This document shows positions 21,716 through 30,678 of a stretch of 64,000 nt of DNA, in pieces. The notes under the pieces were generated by a model. It was not told the DNA's origin. It did not search any database and saw nothing but the letters and a program-made list of their open reading frames with translations. The stretch is taken from the NCBI GenBank assembly GCA_904420205.1, contig CAJFUN010000023.1:129409-193408 (forward strand). Reading direction: 5' to 3'. The translations under genes were made by a program, and so were the position numbers. Source of the DNA: Candidatus Parachristensenella avicola (GTDB lineage: Bacteria; Bacillota; Clostridia; Christensenellales; UMGS416). Numbering within the stretch: position 1 is the first letter of the stretch; every line of letters starts with the position of its first letter.

Positions 21716-22429
21716 CTATAAATGCCGGATCATGGCTTGGTTCAGGGGATCGTACATCCCCCGGGGCAGGGGAAGGCACACACCGTTGTCCAGAAAAATA
21801 TCCGTCCGGCTCACACGCCGGATGCGTCTAAGGTTAACAAGATAGGAACGCCCAGCCCGGAAGAAGCCCTCATCCAGCTGGGCTTCCAGCTCCCGCAGCG
21901 GACGCTTGAGGGTGTAGTCCCTCCCGGCATGGATGGTAACATAGTTACGATCCGACTCCAGGTAAACGATCTCCCGCAGGGGCAGGCGTACCGCATCCCC
22001 CGGAAGCTCCAGCAGCAGAGTGCGGCCAGACTGGGCCAGATGCCGTACAGCGCGATCCAGCACGGTTTCCAAATGCGCGGAGGACAGCGGCTTCATCAGA
22101 TAGTGCAGCGCCTCCACCTCATAGCCCTGGGCGATATAGTCGCTATAGCCGGTAATAAAGACAAGCTGCCCGCAAAAGCCCCTTTCACGCAGGTCCCGGG
22201 CCAGATCTACCCCGTTCATGCCCCCCATTTCTATATCCAACAGCAGGATATCCGGCTCGCCGCCGTTGGGATGGGCGAAAAGGTATCCCTCTGCCGAGGA
22301 ATATTCCTCGCAGGAGAGATGATGACCCCGTTCAGCGGCCCAATGCTGCGCCAAGGACAGCGCATAACGGCTGGCGGCGGGATCATCGTCGCAGATGGCG
22401 ATGGTATAATGCACAGCGTATCCCTCCAT
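21716..22429 (-). CDS. LytTR-family response regulator
   Basis: IAICDDDPAAS, DILLLDIEMGGMNGVDLAR, C-terminal LytTR REIVYLESDRNYVTIHA...RVSRTDIFLDNGVCLPLPR. Confidence 0.93.
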   Translation of the reverse strand: MEGYAVHYTIAICDDDPAASRYALSLAQHWAAERGHHLSCEEYSSAEGYLFAHPNGGEPDILLLDIEMGGMNGVDLARDLRERGFCGQLVFITGYSDYIAQGYEVEALHYLMKPLSSAHLETVLDRAVRHLAQSGRTLLLELPGDAVRLPLREIVYLESDRNYVTIHAGRDYTLKRPLRELEAQLDEGFFRAGRSYLVNLRRIRRVSRTDIFLDNGVCLPLPRGMYDPLNQAMIRHL

Positions 22430-22546
22430 GGGTAGTTATTTCATCAGTATACCATATATGAAGGGAAAAGCTTCCGGCATTAGCTGAGAAGTCTGTTAAA
22501 AAAGTCGGGCGCTTATCCCTCTGACCCGCTATAATAAAGGGGCTTC

Positions 22547-24067
22547 ATGAAGAATAAACGGTTGCAGGAGGCATCCATGGAGGATTATTCGCATGTGGTG
22601 GCGGCGGTAATCGCCTATATTGAGGCGCGGCCGGAACGGCTCGAATATGAGGAGCTGTCCCGCTCGGTAGGCCTGTCCCTCTCTCAGATACGGGCACTGT
22701 TCCGGCGCCATACAGGCCAAACGCTGGGCAGGTATGCCCTGGAGCGGCGGATGGCCAGGGCGGCCTATTGGCTGGTTCATACGGAGACGGACATCCTGCA
22801 GCTGGCGCTTCAGTGCGGCTATTCCGGACCGGATACCTTTACCCGGGCCTTTAGGCGGGTGATGGGCCAAACGCCGTCGGACTTTCGCAGACAGCGGCGC
22901 GTGGTGGGTCGGGAGCGGCTGTATAACGGCATATATGGCGTATCGGACAGGATGAAAGGAAGGGAAAACATGAACCAACCGCTCAACGGAGGCATGATTC
23001 TGTATGGCGTTACAAAGGTGGGCTATGGGGTCTATGGTAGCTGCACACCCTACTCCATCTGCTTGAAATCGGTAGCCAACTACCTGGGAGAGGATGTGGA
23101 GCTTCATGATATCATGGTCGGCTGTGGAGCGGCCTTCCGGCTGACATGGAACGTAACCGCCTGGGATGGGGGCAATGTGGATATCTGCTATACCTATGAC
23201 GACTATGACAAGGTATACCGGCTGGGTGTCGAGAGCCTGGGGCGGGCCTATAAAACGCTGGGGCGGGGGCCGAATACCCCCAAGGAGGCCTTTGTCCGGT
23301 TCATCCGGGAGCAGATCGACCAGGGGCGCCCTGTGATCGCCACCGGGATCATTGGGCCGCCGGAGGCCTGCATTGTGACAGGCTACCAGGACGAGGGAGA
23401 GACCCTGCTGGGGTGGAACTTTTTCCAGGACAGTGTGATGTATGGCGGGCTGCCGGCCAGAACCGATGAATCCGGATACTTCATCAGCCATGACTGGTGG
23501 GAGAACACCGATACCCAGGCTTTGATTGGGGTGGGTGAAAAAACCGGGCCGCGCCGCGGGATGATGGATATTTTATCCGGCGCGGCCGAGGTCATGACCG
23601 GACGGCGCAAGGATCAGTTTGCCAAGGGGCTATGGGCCTATGATGCATGGAAGGCGGCCTTGGCCAATGACCGTGACTTTCCGGATAATCTACCCCTGCT
23701 GTCAGAAAGGATGATGTGCCAGGGAGATGCCATGGATTGCCTGGCCGACGGGCGCTTCTGCGCGGCCCGTTTCTTTCGCGCCCTGGCTGCAAAGATGCCG
23801 GAGCAGCCGCTGTACCGGCGCATTGCCGGGGATTTTGAGCGGGTAACCGGGCAGGTGGAGCAAATGGCAGCGCTTCTTGGCGGATGGGGCCGGGGCGAGG
23901 TGCAGATGCGGGAGCTGGCCAGGCGGGAAACGCGGCGCGCCCTATGCCGGCTGATCGATGGCTGCAGGCAGGCGGACGAAGCCGCGCTGGAGGGGATCAA
24001 GCTCCTTGTGAAGCAAATGGAGACGGCTGCCTACCCCGCGGAAAGGGGCGAAAAGGATGGAGAGTGA
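22547..24067 (+). CDS. AraC-type HTH fused to a BtrH-like (butirosin H/C39-like) domain
   Basis: N-terminus LQLALQCGYSGPDTFTRAFRRVMGQTPSDFRRQRR (AraC HTH); C-terminus GSCTPYSICLKSVANYLGEDVELHDIMVGCGAAFRLTWN...EACIVTGYQDEGETLLGWNFFQD. Confidence 0.75.
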   Translation: MKNKRLQEASMEDYSHVVAAVIAYIEARPERLEYEELSRSVGLSLSQIRALFRRHTGQTLGRYALERRMARAAYWLVHTETDILQLALQCGYSGPDTFTRAFRRVMGQTPSDFRRQRRVVGRERLYNGIYGVSDRMKGRENMNQPLNGGMILYGVTKVGYGVYGSCTPYSICLKSVANYLGEDVELHDIMVGCGAAFRLTWNVTAWDGGNVDICYTYDDYDKVYRLGVESLGRAYKTLGRGPNTPKEAFVRFIREQIDQGRPVIATGIIGPPEACIVTGYQDEGETLLGWNFFQDSVMYGGLPARTDESGYFISHDWWENTDTQALIGVGEKTGPRRGMMDILSGAAEVMTGRRKDQFAKGLWAYDAWKAALANDRDFPDNLPLLSERMMCQGDAMDCLADGRFCAARFFRALAAKMPEQPLYRRIAGDFERVTGQVEQMAALLGGWGRGEVQMRELARRETRRALCRLIDGCRQADEAALEGIKLLVKQMETAAYPAERGEKDGE

Positions 24068-24794
24068 AGCTTTCAGGCGTCAATTGGCTAACCTGGGCAT
24101 CGAAAGGGGCGATACCGTGCTTGTGCATGCCTCCATGCGGGCGTTGGGCACAGCCCGCAGGCCGGAGGCAGTGCTGGAGGATCTGCAGGCGGCTGTGGGC
24201 CCGGCGGGCACGCTGCTGCTGCCGGCATTGACCTATGATGAGGTAACGCCTGAGCATCCGGTTTTTGACTCGGAGAAAACCGAACCCTGCGTCGGGCTTC
24301 TTCCCAGGACGTTCTGGAGGATGCCGGGCGTGGTGCGCAGCGAAAATCCCACCCATTCAGTATGCGCCTGGGGTAGGCTGGCTCACCGGCTTACCGTGGG
24401 GCATGCCATGGATGACACGGCTGTTGGCCCTCATTCGCCCTTCATGCTGCTCCCGCTTTACCAGGGTAAGCTATTATTTATTGGGGATATTCTGCACGCC
24501 TGTACCTTTATGCATGGCATAGAGGAGATTGTCCGGCCTCCCTATATCACAAGGGTGAGACAAACCTATCGGGTCAATGGGCGCCTGCGTAGCTATGAGG
24601 CCTGCGAGGCATATGGTTGGGGCAGCGAATTCCAGCGGGTCGAGACACTGCTGGAAGCACCCGATCTGAAAAAGGGACGGCTGGGCGCTGCCAATGCCTA
24701 TCTTTTGGATACAAGGGCCTTGCTGGCCGCTGCGCTAAGCGCCATGCGCGCTGAGCCCTACCGGTTTGTGACCGATATTTCATCCTATATATGA
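24057..24794 (+). CDS. Aminoglycoside N(3)-acetyltransferase family protein (AAC(3)/YokD-like)
   Basis: ERGDTVLVHASMRALGTA, GTLLLPALTYDEVTPEHPVFD, VGLLPRTFWRMPGVVRSENPTHSVCAWG; overlaps the preceding ORF by 11 bp. Confidence 0.85.
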   Translation: MESEAFRRQLANLGIERGDTVLVHASMRALGTARRPEAVLEDLQAAVGPAGTLLLPALTYDEVTPEHPVFDSEKTEPCVGLLPRTFWRMPGVVRSENPTHSVCAWGRLAHRLTVGHAMDDTAVGPHSPFMLLPLYQGKLLFIGDILHACTFMHGIEEIVRPPYITRVRQTYRVNGRLRSYEACEAYGWGSEFQRVETLLEAPDLKKGRLGAANAYLLDTRALLAAALSAMRAEPYRFVTDISSYI

Positions 24795-24812
24795 AGCGAA
24801 GCATATGATATA

Positions 24813-24842
24813 GCCCGCCTTTCCAGAAGGAAAGGCGGGCTT
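24813..24842. terminator. Intrinsic terminator between convergent genes
   Basis: AGCCCGCCTTTCC-agaa-GGAAAGGCGGGCT, 13-bp perfect stem. Confidence 0.75.
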
Positions 24843-24859
24843 TGTGCCTACCGGCCGGA

Positions 24860-26215
24860 CTAACGCCCGTGGCCTCCGGCCTCCAGACGGGCCATCCAGG
24901 TATCAAATCGGGCGATAAACTCGGCATTGCTCCGGGTGTGGCTTAGAAGCTCCAGCAAAAGCTCCGTAGCGTCGTCGGGATTTTGGGAGAGCAGCTTGCG
25001 CAGGCGGCCGCTGACAGAGAGCGCTTCGGGGGAAAGCAGATCTTCTTCCCTGCGGGTGCCGGAGCGGTACAGGTTCAGGGCGGGAAAAATCCGCTTCTCC
25101 TGCAGGCGGCGGTCCAGATGCAGCTCCATATTGCCCGTACCTTTGAATTCCTCATAGATGATGTCATCCATCCGGCTGCCGGTATCGATCAGGGCGGTGG
25201 CCAGTACGGTAAGGCTTCCGCCCTCCTCCACCTGGCGGGCTGCCCCGAAAAGCTTTTTGGGCAGGGCGATGGCGGCGGGATCCAAACCGCCGGAGAGCAG
25301 CCGCCCGGAGGAGGGAACCGACAGATTATTAGCCCGGGCCAGGCGCGTCAGCGAATCCACAAGCAGCATAACATCCCGTCCGCATTCCACCTGACGTTTC
25401 GCCTTTTCCAGCGTTTCCTCAGCCAGCTGGCGGTGGCGCTGGGGTGGATCGTCAAAGGTGGAGAAGAATACCTGCCCCCGGACGGATCGCTTCAGGTCGG
25501 TGACCTCTTCGGGGCGCTCGTCCAATAGAAGCACATACAGGATCATCTCCGGGTAGCTTTCCGCTACTGAAGCGGCGATTTTTTTAATAAGCGTGGTTTT
25601 GCCGGCCTTAGGGGGAGAGACGATCAGCCCGCGCTGGCCCTTGCCGATGGGCGCCATCAGATCGATGAGGCGCAGGGCCAGATCGCCTTGGATCCCACCG
25701 CCTTCCAGGGCCAACCGCTGACGGGGATAGATGGGAGTCAGCTCGTCAAAGTGCTTGCGGCGGGCAGCCTGCTCCGGAAGCAGCCCGTTGATGGACTCGA
25801 TATAGAGCATGGCCAGGTATCGCTCGCCTTCCCGCAGCGGACGGGTGACGCCGGCGACAAGATCACCCTCGCGGAGCGAAAAGCGCCGGATTTGGGCGAT
25901 AGAGACGTATACGTCCTTCTGACCATCGTCCAGGGCGCGGAGAAAGCCGTATCCGTCCCGCTGCACCTCCAGCACGCCGCGGGCCTTGCCACAGCCGCCG
26001 GATTTAATCAGTTCCGGTACCGCCGGGTTGACGCCAGCGGACGAAAGCGGCGCGATGGGCTCCGCAGCCTCGGTATCGGTCCGGCCCGGCAGCGTCCGGG
26101 CCAATAGGTCTACAATCTCGCGCTTTCGCAGGCCGGCGGCGAGGCTGATCTTATGATTCTTGGCAAGCTGGCGCAGCTGCGGCAGCCGCAGGGCAGAAAG
26201 TGTTTCTTTTTCCAT
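24860..26215 (-). CDS. rho: Transcription termination factor Rho
   Basis: [11 protein letters not shown] Rho-N-like N-terminus; [29 protein letters not shown]; [33 protein letters not shown]; [11 protein letters not shown]. Confidence 0.97.
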   Translation of the reverse strand: MEKETLSALRLPQLRQLAKNHKISLAAGLRKREIVDLLARTLPGRTDTEAAEPIAPLSSAGVNPAVPELIKSGGCGKARGVLEVQRDGYGFLRALDDGQKDVYVSIAQIRRFSLREGDLVAGVTRPLREGERYLAMLYIESINGLLPEQAARRKHFDELTPIYPRQRLALEGGGIQGDLALRLIDLMAPIGKGQRGLIVSPPKAGKTTLIKKIAASVAESYPEMILYVLLLDERPEEVTDLKRSVRGQVFFSTFDDPPQRHRQLAEETLEKAKRQVECGRDVMLLVDSLTRLARANNLSVPSSGRLLSGGLDPAAIALPKKLFGAARQVEEGGSLTVLATALIDTGSRMDDIIYEEFKGTGNMELHLDRRLQEKRIFPALNLYRSGTRREEDLLSPEALSVSGRLRKLLSQNPDDATELLLELLSHTRSNAEFIARFDTWMARLEAGGHGR

Positions 26216-26442
26216 GAAATGACTCCTTATTAAGATGAAAATGGCATAAGCTCATATCGGGTTCAGTATGGTCAGTGTAAGCCGGAATCATACGCCGGTC
26301 AATGGAATCGTCAAAGGTAGTGCTTTTTCCTGCTGATTCGTGTATCAAGCGCTGAATACGACTTTTATTTTGCTTTCATGACGAAATATGATATACTTAA
26401 GTGACTTGCTATGGTATAAAGGCACAGAGAAAGGAGCAAGCG

Positions 26443-27366
26443 ATGGGCGATGCGGTTTCCGGCCCCACGCTGGGACAGCGGGTCAAAAAGCTTTTGATTC
26501 AGCGACCCCAGGGCATCAACGTGCCCAAAATGGCCTGGATCCTATGGGCAGTCAATATTACGCAGATGGCTGTGCTGGCGCTTTTGCTCATTATGCTGGT
26601 AACCGGCCATGAGAATCTGCCGGACTGGGCGTTGGTCTTTATTTGCCTGACGGTAGCGATGAGCAACGTGATTATGACGCGTTCAGGCCGCACGGTGGCC
26701 GGATACAAGCAGCAGGTGGAGGAGATGGACGAGCTCATCCACAATCAGGACGATCTCAACCGCCAGCTGCGTATGCAGCGGCATGATTTTATCAATCATC
26801 TGCAGGTCATCTATGCACTTCTGCAGATGGATGAGAGCGATCAGGCCATGGAATACATGGATAAGGTATACAAAGACCTGCAGCGGGTAGGCTCGCTGCT
26901 GAAAACCAAAAGCTCGGCGGTGAACGGGTTGCTGGCGGCCAAAAGCGTCCAGGGCGAGAAGCGGGGCATACGCATGGCCTTTGACATTACGACGGGGCTG
27001 GGCGATTTGCCGCTGGAGGACTGGGAGCTATGCCGCGTCCTATCCAACCTGATCGACAATGCAATGGATGCGGCTGAATCGTCGCAGGATGCAGCGGTGG
27101 AGCTGAAGCTTTGGGAGGATATCCAGGGGCTGCGCTTTCGGGTGACGAACCGGGGCCCCATGATTCCCGTGGAGATGCGGGAGCGCATTTTCCTACCGGG
27201 CGTTACCACCAAGGGAGACCGGGGGACGGGTATGGGTCTGCATATTGTGGACAGCATCCTCCGGGAACACGGCGGGGCGATTGAGCTGCATAGCGACGAG
27301 ACGGAAACAAGCTTTGAGGGACGCATTCCGCTGCAGCCTCACCCGGTACAGAAGGGCGACAATTAA
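26443..27366 (+). CDS. Membrane sensor histidine kinase (Spo0B/GHKL type, DcuS/CitA-like H-box)
   Basis: LRMQRHDFINHLQVIYALLQM, LSNLIDNAMDAA, GVTTKGDRGTGMGLHIV. Confidence 0.85.
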   Translation: MGDAVSGPTLGQRVKKLLIQRPQGINVPKMAWILWAVNITQMAVLALLLIMLVTGHENLPDWALVFICLTVAMSNVIMTRSGRTVAGYKQQVEEMDELIHNQDDLNRQLRMQRHDFINHLQVIYALLQMDESDQAMEYMDKVYKDLQRVGSLLKTKSSAVNGLLAAKSVQGEKRGIRMAFDITTGLGDLPLEDWELCRVLSNLIDNAMDAAESSQDAAVELKLWEDIQGLRFRVTNRGPMIPVEMRERIFLPGVTTKGDRGTGMGLHIVDSILREHGGAIELHSDETETSFEGRIPLQPHPVQKGDN

Positions 27367-27457
27367 GCCTCCGCCCTGTATGGATCAGGCAGAAAACCGA
27401 CATCATGGGCGTGGGGCGTGCTATACTACAATAAGTAGAATGAAAGAGGTGGGAGAT

Positions 27458-27961
27458 ATGTCTGCTATGCAATTTCTGCTTTATATGGGGTGGCCGGCGA
27501 TTACCTGCCTGGTACTGGGACTGGGGCTGATGATTTATGAGATGTTTACGCCAGGGTTCGCCGTGCCTGGGATTACAGGGCTTATTCTGCTGGCGCTGTC
27601 GGTCGTCTTAACGGCCCGTTCCCTTTCACAGGCGCTGATTATGATCGTGCTGATCCTGATTGTGTTGTCTCTGGTATTCGTAATTGCGCTGCGCTCCGTG
27701 ACAAGCGGGCGGCTTTCGCGCTCGCCCCTGGTGCTGAAGGAAAGGGCGACCAAGGAGGACGGCTATCTTTCCACCCAAGATATGAACTATTTTGTGGGGC
27801 GCCACGGCATTGCGACAACGGTGCTTCGCCCGGCGGGCACAGCGGATTTTGAAGGCGTCAAGCTGGATGTGGTGACAGAGGGCGAATTTATTGAAAAAGG
27901 CCAACCGCTGGAAGTTATTCGGGTAGAGGGCCGCAGAATTGTGGTAAGGGCCGAATCGTAG
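27458..27961 (+). CDS. NfeD-family membrane protein
   Basis: [29 protein letters not shown] plus C-terminal OB-fold-like [45 protein letters not shown]; adjacent to floA. Confidence 0.85.
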   Translation: MSAMQFLLYMGWPAITCLVLGLGLMIYEMFTPGFAVPGITGLILLALSVVLTARSLSQALIMIVLILIVLSLVFVIALRSVTSGRLSRSPLVLKERATKEDGYLSTQDMNYFVGRHGIATTVLRPAGTADFEGVKLDVVTEGEFIEKGQPLEVIRVEGRRIVVRAES

Positions 27962-27998
27962 GCCTTTTCCAAGGATAGAAGCGAAGGAGGATTTTTTT

Positions 27999-29021
27999 AT
28001 GATCAACCCCATGCTGCTGGCGATGGATGCGGGCGTCGCGTCCATTGTCGGACCGATCATCGTCATTGTACTCATTATTATCTTCCTGGCGGTTTTGTTC
28101 AGCTTTGTGCCGATGAAGCTATGGATCGAGGCCATGGCCTCGGGCGTTCACGTCGGTATCGGCCAGCTGATCGGTATGCGGCTGCGGGGCATTGCTCCGG
28201 TTCGGATTATTTACCCGATGATTAAGGCGGTTAAAGCGGGCCTAACCGTGCAGCTGCCCCGGCTGGAAACCCATTACATGGCTGGCGGCAATGTGGATCG
28301 GGTGGTGAACGCGCTGATTGCTTCGCAAGGCGCGGGGATTGACCTGGGCTTTGAGCGTGCCTGCGCCATTGACCTGGCCGGCCGCAACGTGCTGGAGGCG
28401 GTGCAGATGTCCGTCAGCCCCAAGGTTATTGAAACGCCGGTCGTCGCTGCCATTGCCAAGGATGGCATTGAGCTTCGGGCCAAGGCGCGGGTCACCGTGC
28501 GAGCCAACATCGACCGGCTGGTCGGCGGCGCCGGAGAGGAAACCATCATCGCGCGCGTGGGCGAAGGTATCGTTACTACCGTGGGCTCGTCGGACACCCA
28601 CAAGCAGGTACTGGAGAACCCGGATCTTATTTCCCGCACGGTTTTGAACAAGGGCCTGGATGCGGGGACGGCTTTTGAGATCCTCTCCATTGACATTGCC
28701 GACGTGGATGTAGGCCGGAACATCGGCGCGCAGCTGCAGATGGATCAGGCGGAGGCCGATCGGCGCATCGCCCAGGCCAAGGCCGAGGAGCGCCGGGCGA
28801 TGGCTGTGGCTCAGGAACAGGAAATGGTTGCGCTGGAGCAGGAAATGCGGGCTCGCGTGGTCGAAGCAGAGGCCGAGGTGCCGCGGGCCATGGCCCAAGC
28901 CCTGCGCGAAGGCAAGCTCGGGGTGATGGATTACTACAACATGCAGAACTTGCAGGCTGATACCACCATGCGCAACTCGATTTCCGATATGGGCAATCCC
29001 GCGCCGCAGGATCATAAATAG
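27999..29021 (+). CDS. floA: Flotillin-like protein FloA (YqfA/UPF0365)
   Basis: [35 protein letters not shown]...[42 protein letters not shown]...; SD ggagg. Confidence 0.95.
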   Translation: MINPMLLAMDAGVASIVGPIIVIVLIIIFLAVLFSFVPMKLWIEAMASGVHVGIGQLIGMRLRGIAPVRIIYPMIKAVKAGLTVQLPRLETHYMAGGNVDRVVNALIASQGAGIDLGFERACAIDLAGRNVLEAVQMSVSPKVIETPVVAAIAKDGIELRAKARVTVRANIDRLVGGAGEETIIARVGEGIVTTVGSSDTHKQVLENPDLISRTVLNKGLDAGTAFEILSIDIADVDVGRNIGAQLQMDQAEADRRIAQAKAEERRAMAVAQEQEMVALEQEMRARVVEAEAEVPRAMAQALREGKLGVMDYYNMQNLQADTTMRNSISDMGNPAPQDHK

Positions 29022-29052
29022 ATGACCGGCCGCGGGAAAGGGAGGTAACGCA

Positions 29053-29736
29053 ATGGATTTAATCGTATGGATCATTGTGATTGCCTGCATTGTGTCCGCT
29101 GTGAACAAGAAGGGGAAAAAGCAGGCCAAACGGCCGCCGCAGGCCCCCAGCAGACCTACCCCTGTGCAGCCTCCGCGCCGGCCTGAGCCGCAGGCGCCTT
29201 CGAGCGCCGGGGCGCAGCTGCTCTCGCAGGCGATGAACGACGCGGTGAGTAGCGCGGCTGCCGGAGGGGCGACCTGGGCTAAAAAGCTGGCGGAAGCCCT
29301 AAAGGAGGACGATTTTGAGGAGCCCGCTAAGGTGAAGGCCGAACCCGACCACAGCCATCAGGGCGTCCATCGGCCCTTGGCGGATTCGGGCGAGGGAGCC
29401 TTTTCCTCGCAGAGCCAGTGGATCGAGCAGCGCGCTCAACCGGCGGAGGCAGCTTCTCCCAAGATGCCGGATCCCTGCCGGGCAACAGCATCCAGAGCGG
29501 CTGATCCTTGCCGGGCGGTGGCGCCTACTGTTGGATCGGTACGCAAGCATGCGGGCGGCGCTCCCCTGATGCAGGGCGGCGAAAACCTGCTTTCCACCCA
29601 TCGAGCCACACGCAGGTCCGGATCGATCAGCCAGCGCAGGCAGCGCATACTGACGGTCGACAGCCAGTCATTGCGACAAGGCGTCGTGTGGAGTGAAATC
29701 TTGAACCGCCGAGGCGGAAGGAGGAGTATCCATTGA
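29053..29736 (+). CDS. Hypothetical single-pass membrane protein with proline-rich linker
   Basis: MDLIVWIIVIACIVSAVNKKGKKQAKRPPQAPSRPTPVQPP...; overlaps the downstream RR by 4 bp. Confidence 0.65.
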   Translation: MDLIVWIIVIACIVSAVNKKGKKQAKRPPQAPSRPTPVQPPRRPEPQAPSSAGAQLLSQAMNDAVSSAAAGGATWAKKLAEALKEDDFEEPAKVKAEPDHSHQGVHRPLADSGEGAFSSQSQWIEQRAQPAEAASPKMPDPCRATASRAADPCRAVAPTVGSVRKHAGGAPLMQGGENLLSTHRATRRSGSISQRRQRILTVDSQSLRQGVVWSEILNRRGGRRSIH

Positions 29737-30497
29737 ACCCCATTCGTGTTCTAATTGCCGACGACCAGCCGGGCATGCGGATGATTCTATCCAAAATCCT
29801 GGAGAAGAACGACGCCTTTGAACTTATCGGCGAGGCAGAGGACGGCCAGCAGGCGCTGGAGATCTTTGAACGCCAGAAGCCGGAGGTGGTGTTCCTTGAC
29901 GTGGAGATGCCCAAGGTGGACGGATTGGAATGCGGCCGCCAGATTGCGGATATGGACCCCACGGCATGCCTGATCTTCGCTACGGCTCATGACCAGTACA
30001 TGAAGGAGGCTTTTGAGGTATATGCGTTTGACTACCTGGTGAAGCCCTTTAAGGTTGAGCGGGTGCTGGAAACGTTGGAGCGCATTGCCGAACGGGCCAA
30101 GATTCGCAATGCTCAGGCGGAATCACGCATTGAGGCGGCGGAACGCCGCCAGATGGGATTGGCTAAGCTGCTGATCCGCCATAAGGAAGGCGTCAGCCTG
30201 ATCGATATGGAAGACATCATCCTGGTGCAGCGCGAGGACCGGGCCACAGCCATCTATACGGTGAACGAGCGCGTGGTGACCAGCGAACCGCTGAGCGATT
30301 TAATGGAACGATTGGATAAGCGGCTCTTCTTCCGAAGCCATAAGAGCTATATCATTAACCTGGCCATGGTCAGCAAAATCTACCCTTATGGCCGCTGGAC
30401 CTATGTGGTGAAGCTGAAAGGTACGAAGCAGGACGCGCTGATTACCTATGAAAAGTTTAATGAGATGGAAGAATTCTTCGCCAAAAACAATGGATAA
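29733..30497 (+). CDS. LytTR-family response regulator
   Basis: IRVLIADDQPGMRMILSKIL, VVFLDVEMPKVDGLECGR, LytTR C-terminus IILVQREDRATAIYTV...FFRSHKSYIINLAMVSKIYPYG. Confidence 0.93.
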   Translation: MNPIRVLIADDQPGMRMILSKILEKNDAFELIGEAEDGQQALEIFERQKPEVVFLDVEMPKVDGLECGRQIADMDPTACLIFATAHDQYMKEAFEVYAFDYLVKPFKVERVLETLERIAERAKIRNAQAESRIEAAERRQMGLAKLLIRHKEGVSLIDMEDIILVQREDRATAIYTVNERVVTSEPLSDLMERLDKRLFFRSHKSYIINLAMVSKIYPYGRWTYVVKLKGTKQDALITYEKFNEMEEFFAKNNG

Positions 30498-30512
30498 CGC
30501 GCTTTTTTGCCG

Positions 30513-30538
30513 GGGCCGTCGAAGGACGGCCCTTTTTT
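30513..30538 (+). terminator. Intrinsic terminator
   Basis: GGGCCGTC-gaag-GACGGCCC followed by TTTTTT. Confidence 0.85.
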
Positions 30539-30655
30539 GTCTGAAATTAGAGGAAAAATGAGAGGATGTTCTGGCAGGAATATGGTAAACCCCATCGAAT
30601 ACTACTAATATAGCATGATTTCTCACGAATAAAGAAGTTTGCATAATAAATAAAA

Positions 30656-30662
30656 TGTCGAA
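30656..30662 (+). promoter_or_regulatory. Consensus Spo0A box (0A box)
   Basis: TGTCGAA exact match just upstream of the SD/GTG start of the kinase gene. Confidence 0.4.
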
Positions 30663-30678
30663 GTGGGAAGGATATATC

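Noticed and set aside
22529-23491. 320-aa plus/minus overlapping ORF at the AraC-BtrH locus
   Set aside because: Fully antisense to the well-supported AraC-BtrH fusion.
24057-24794. Calling this a confirmed aminoglycoside resistance gene (aac(3))
   Set aside because: Family membership is supported, but many AAC(3)/YokD-family proteins do not confer resistance, so no gene symbol was assigned.
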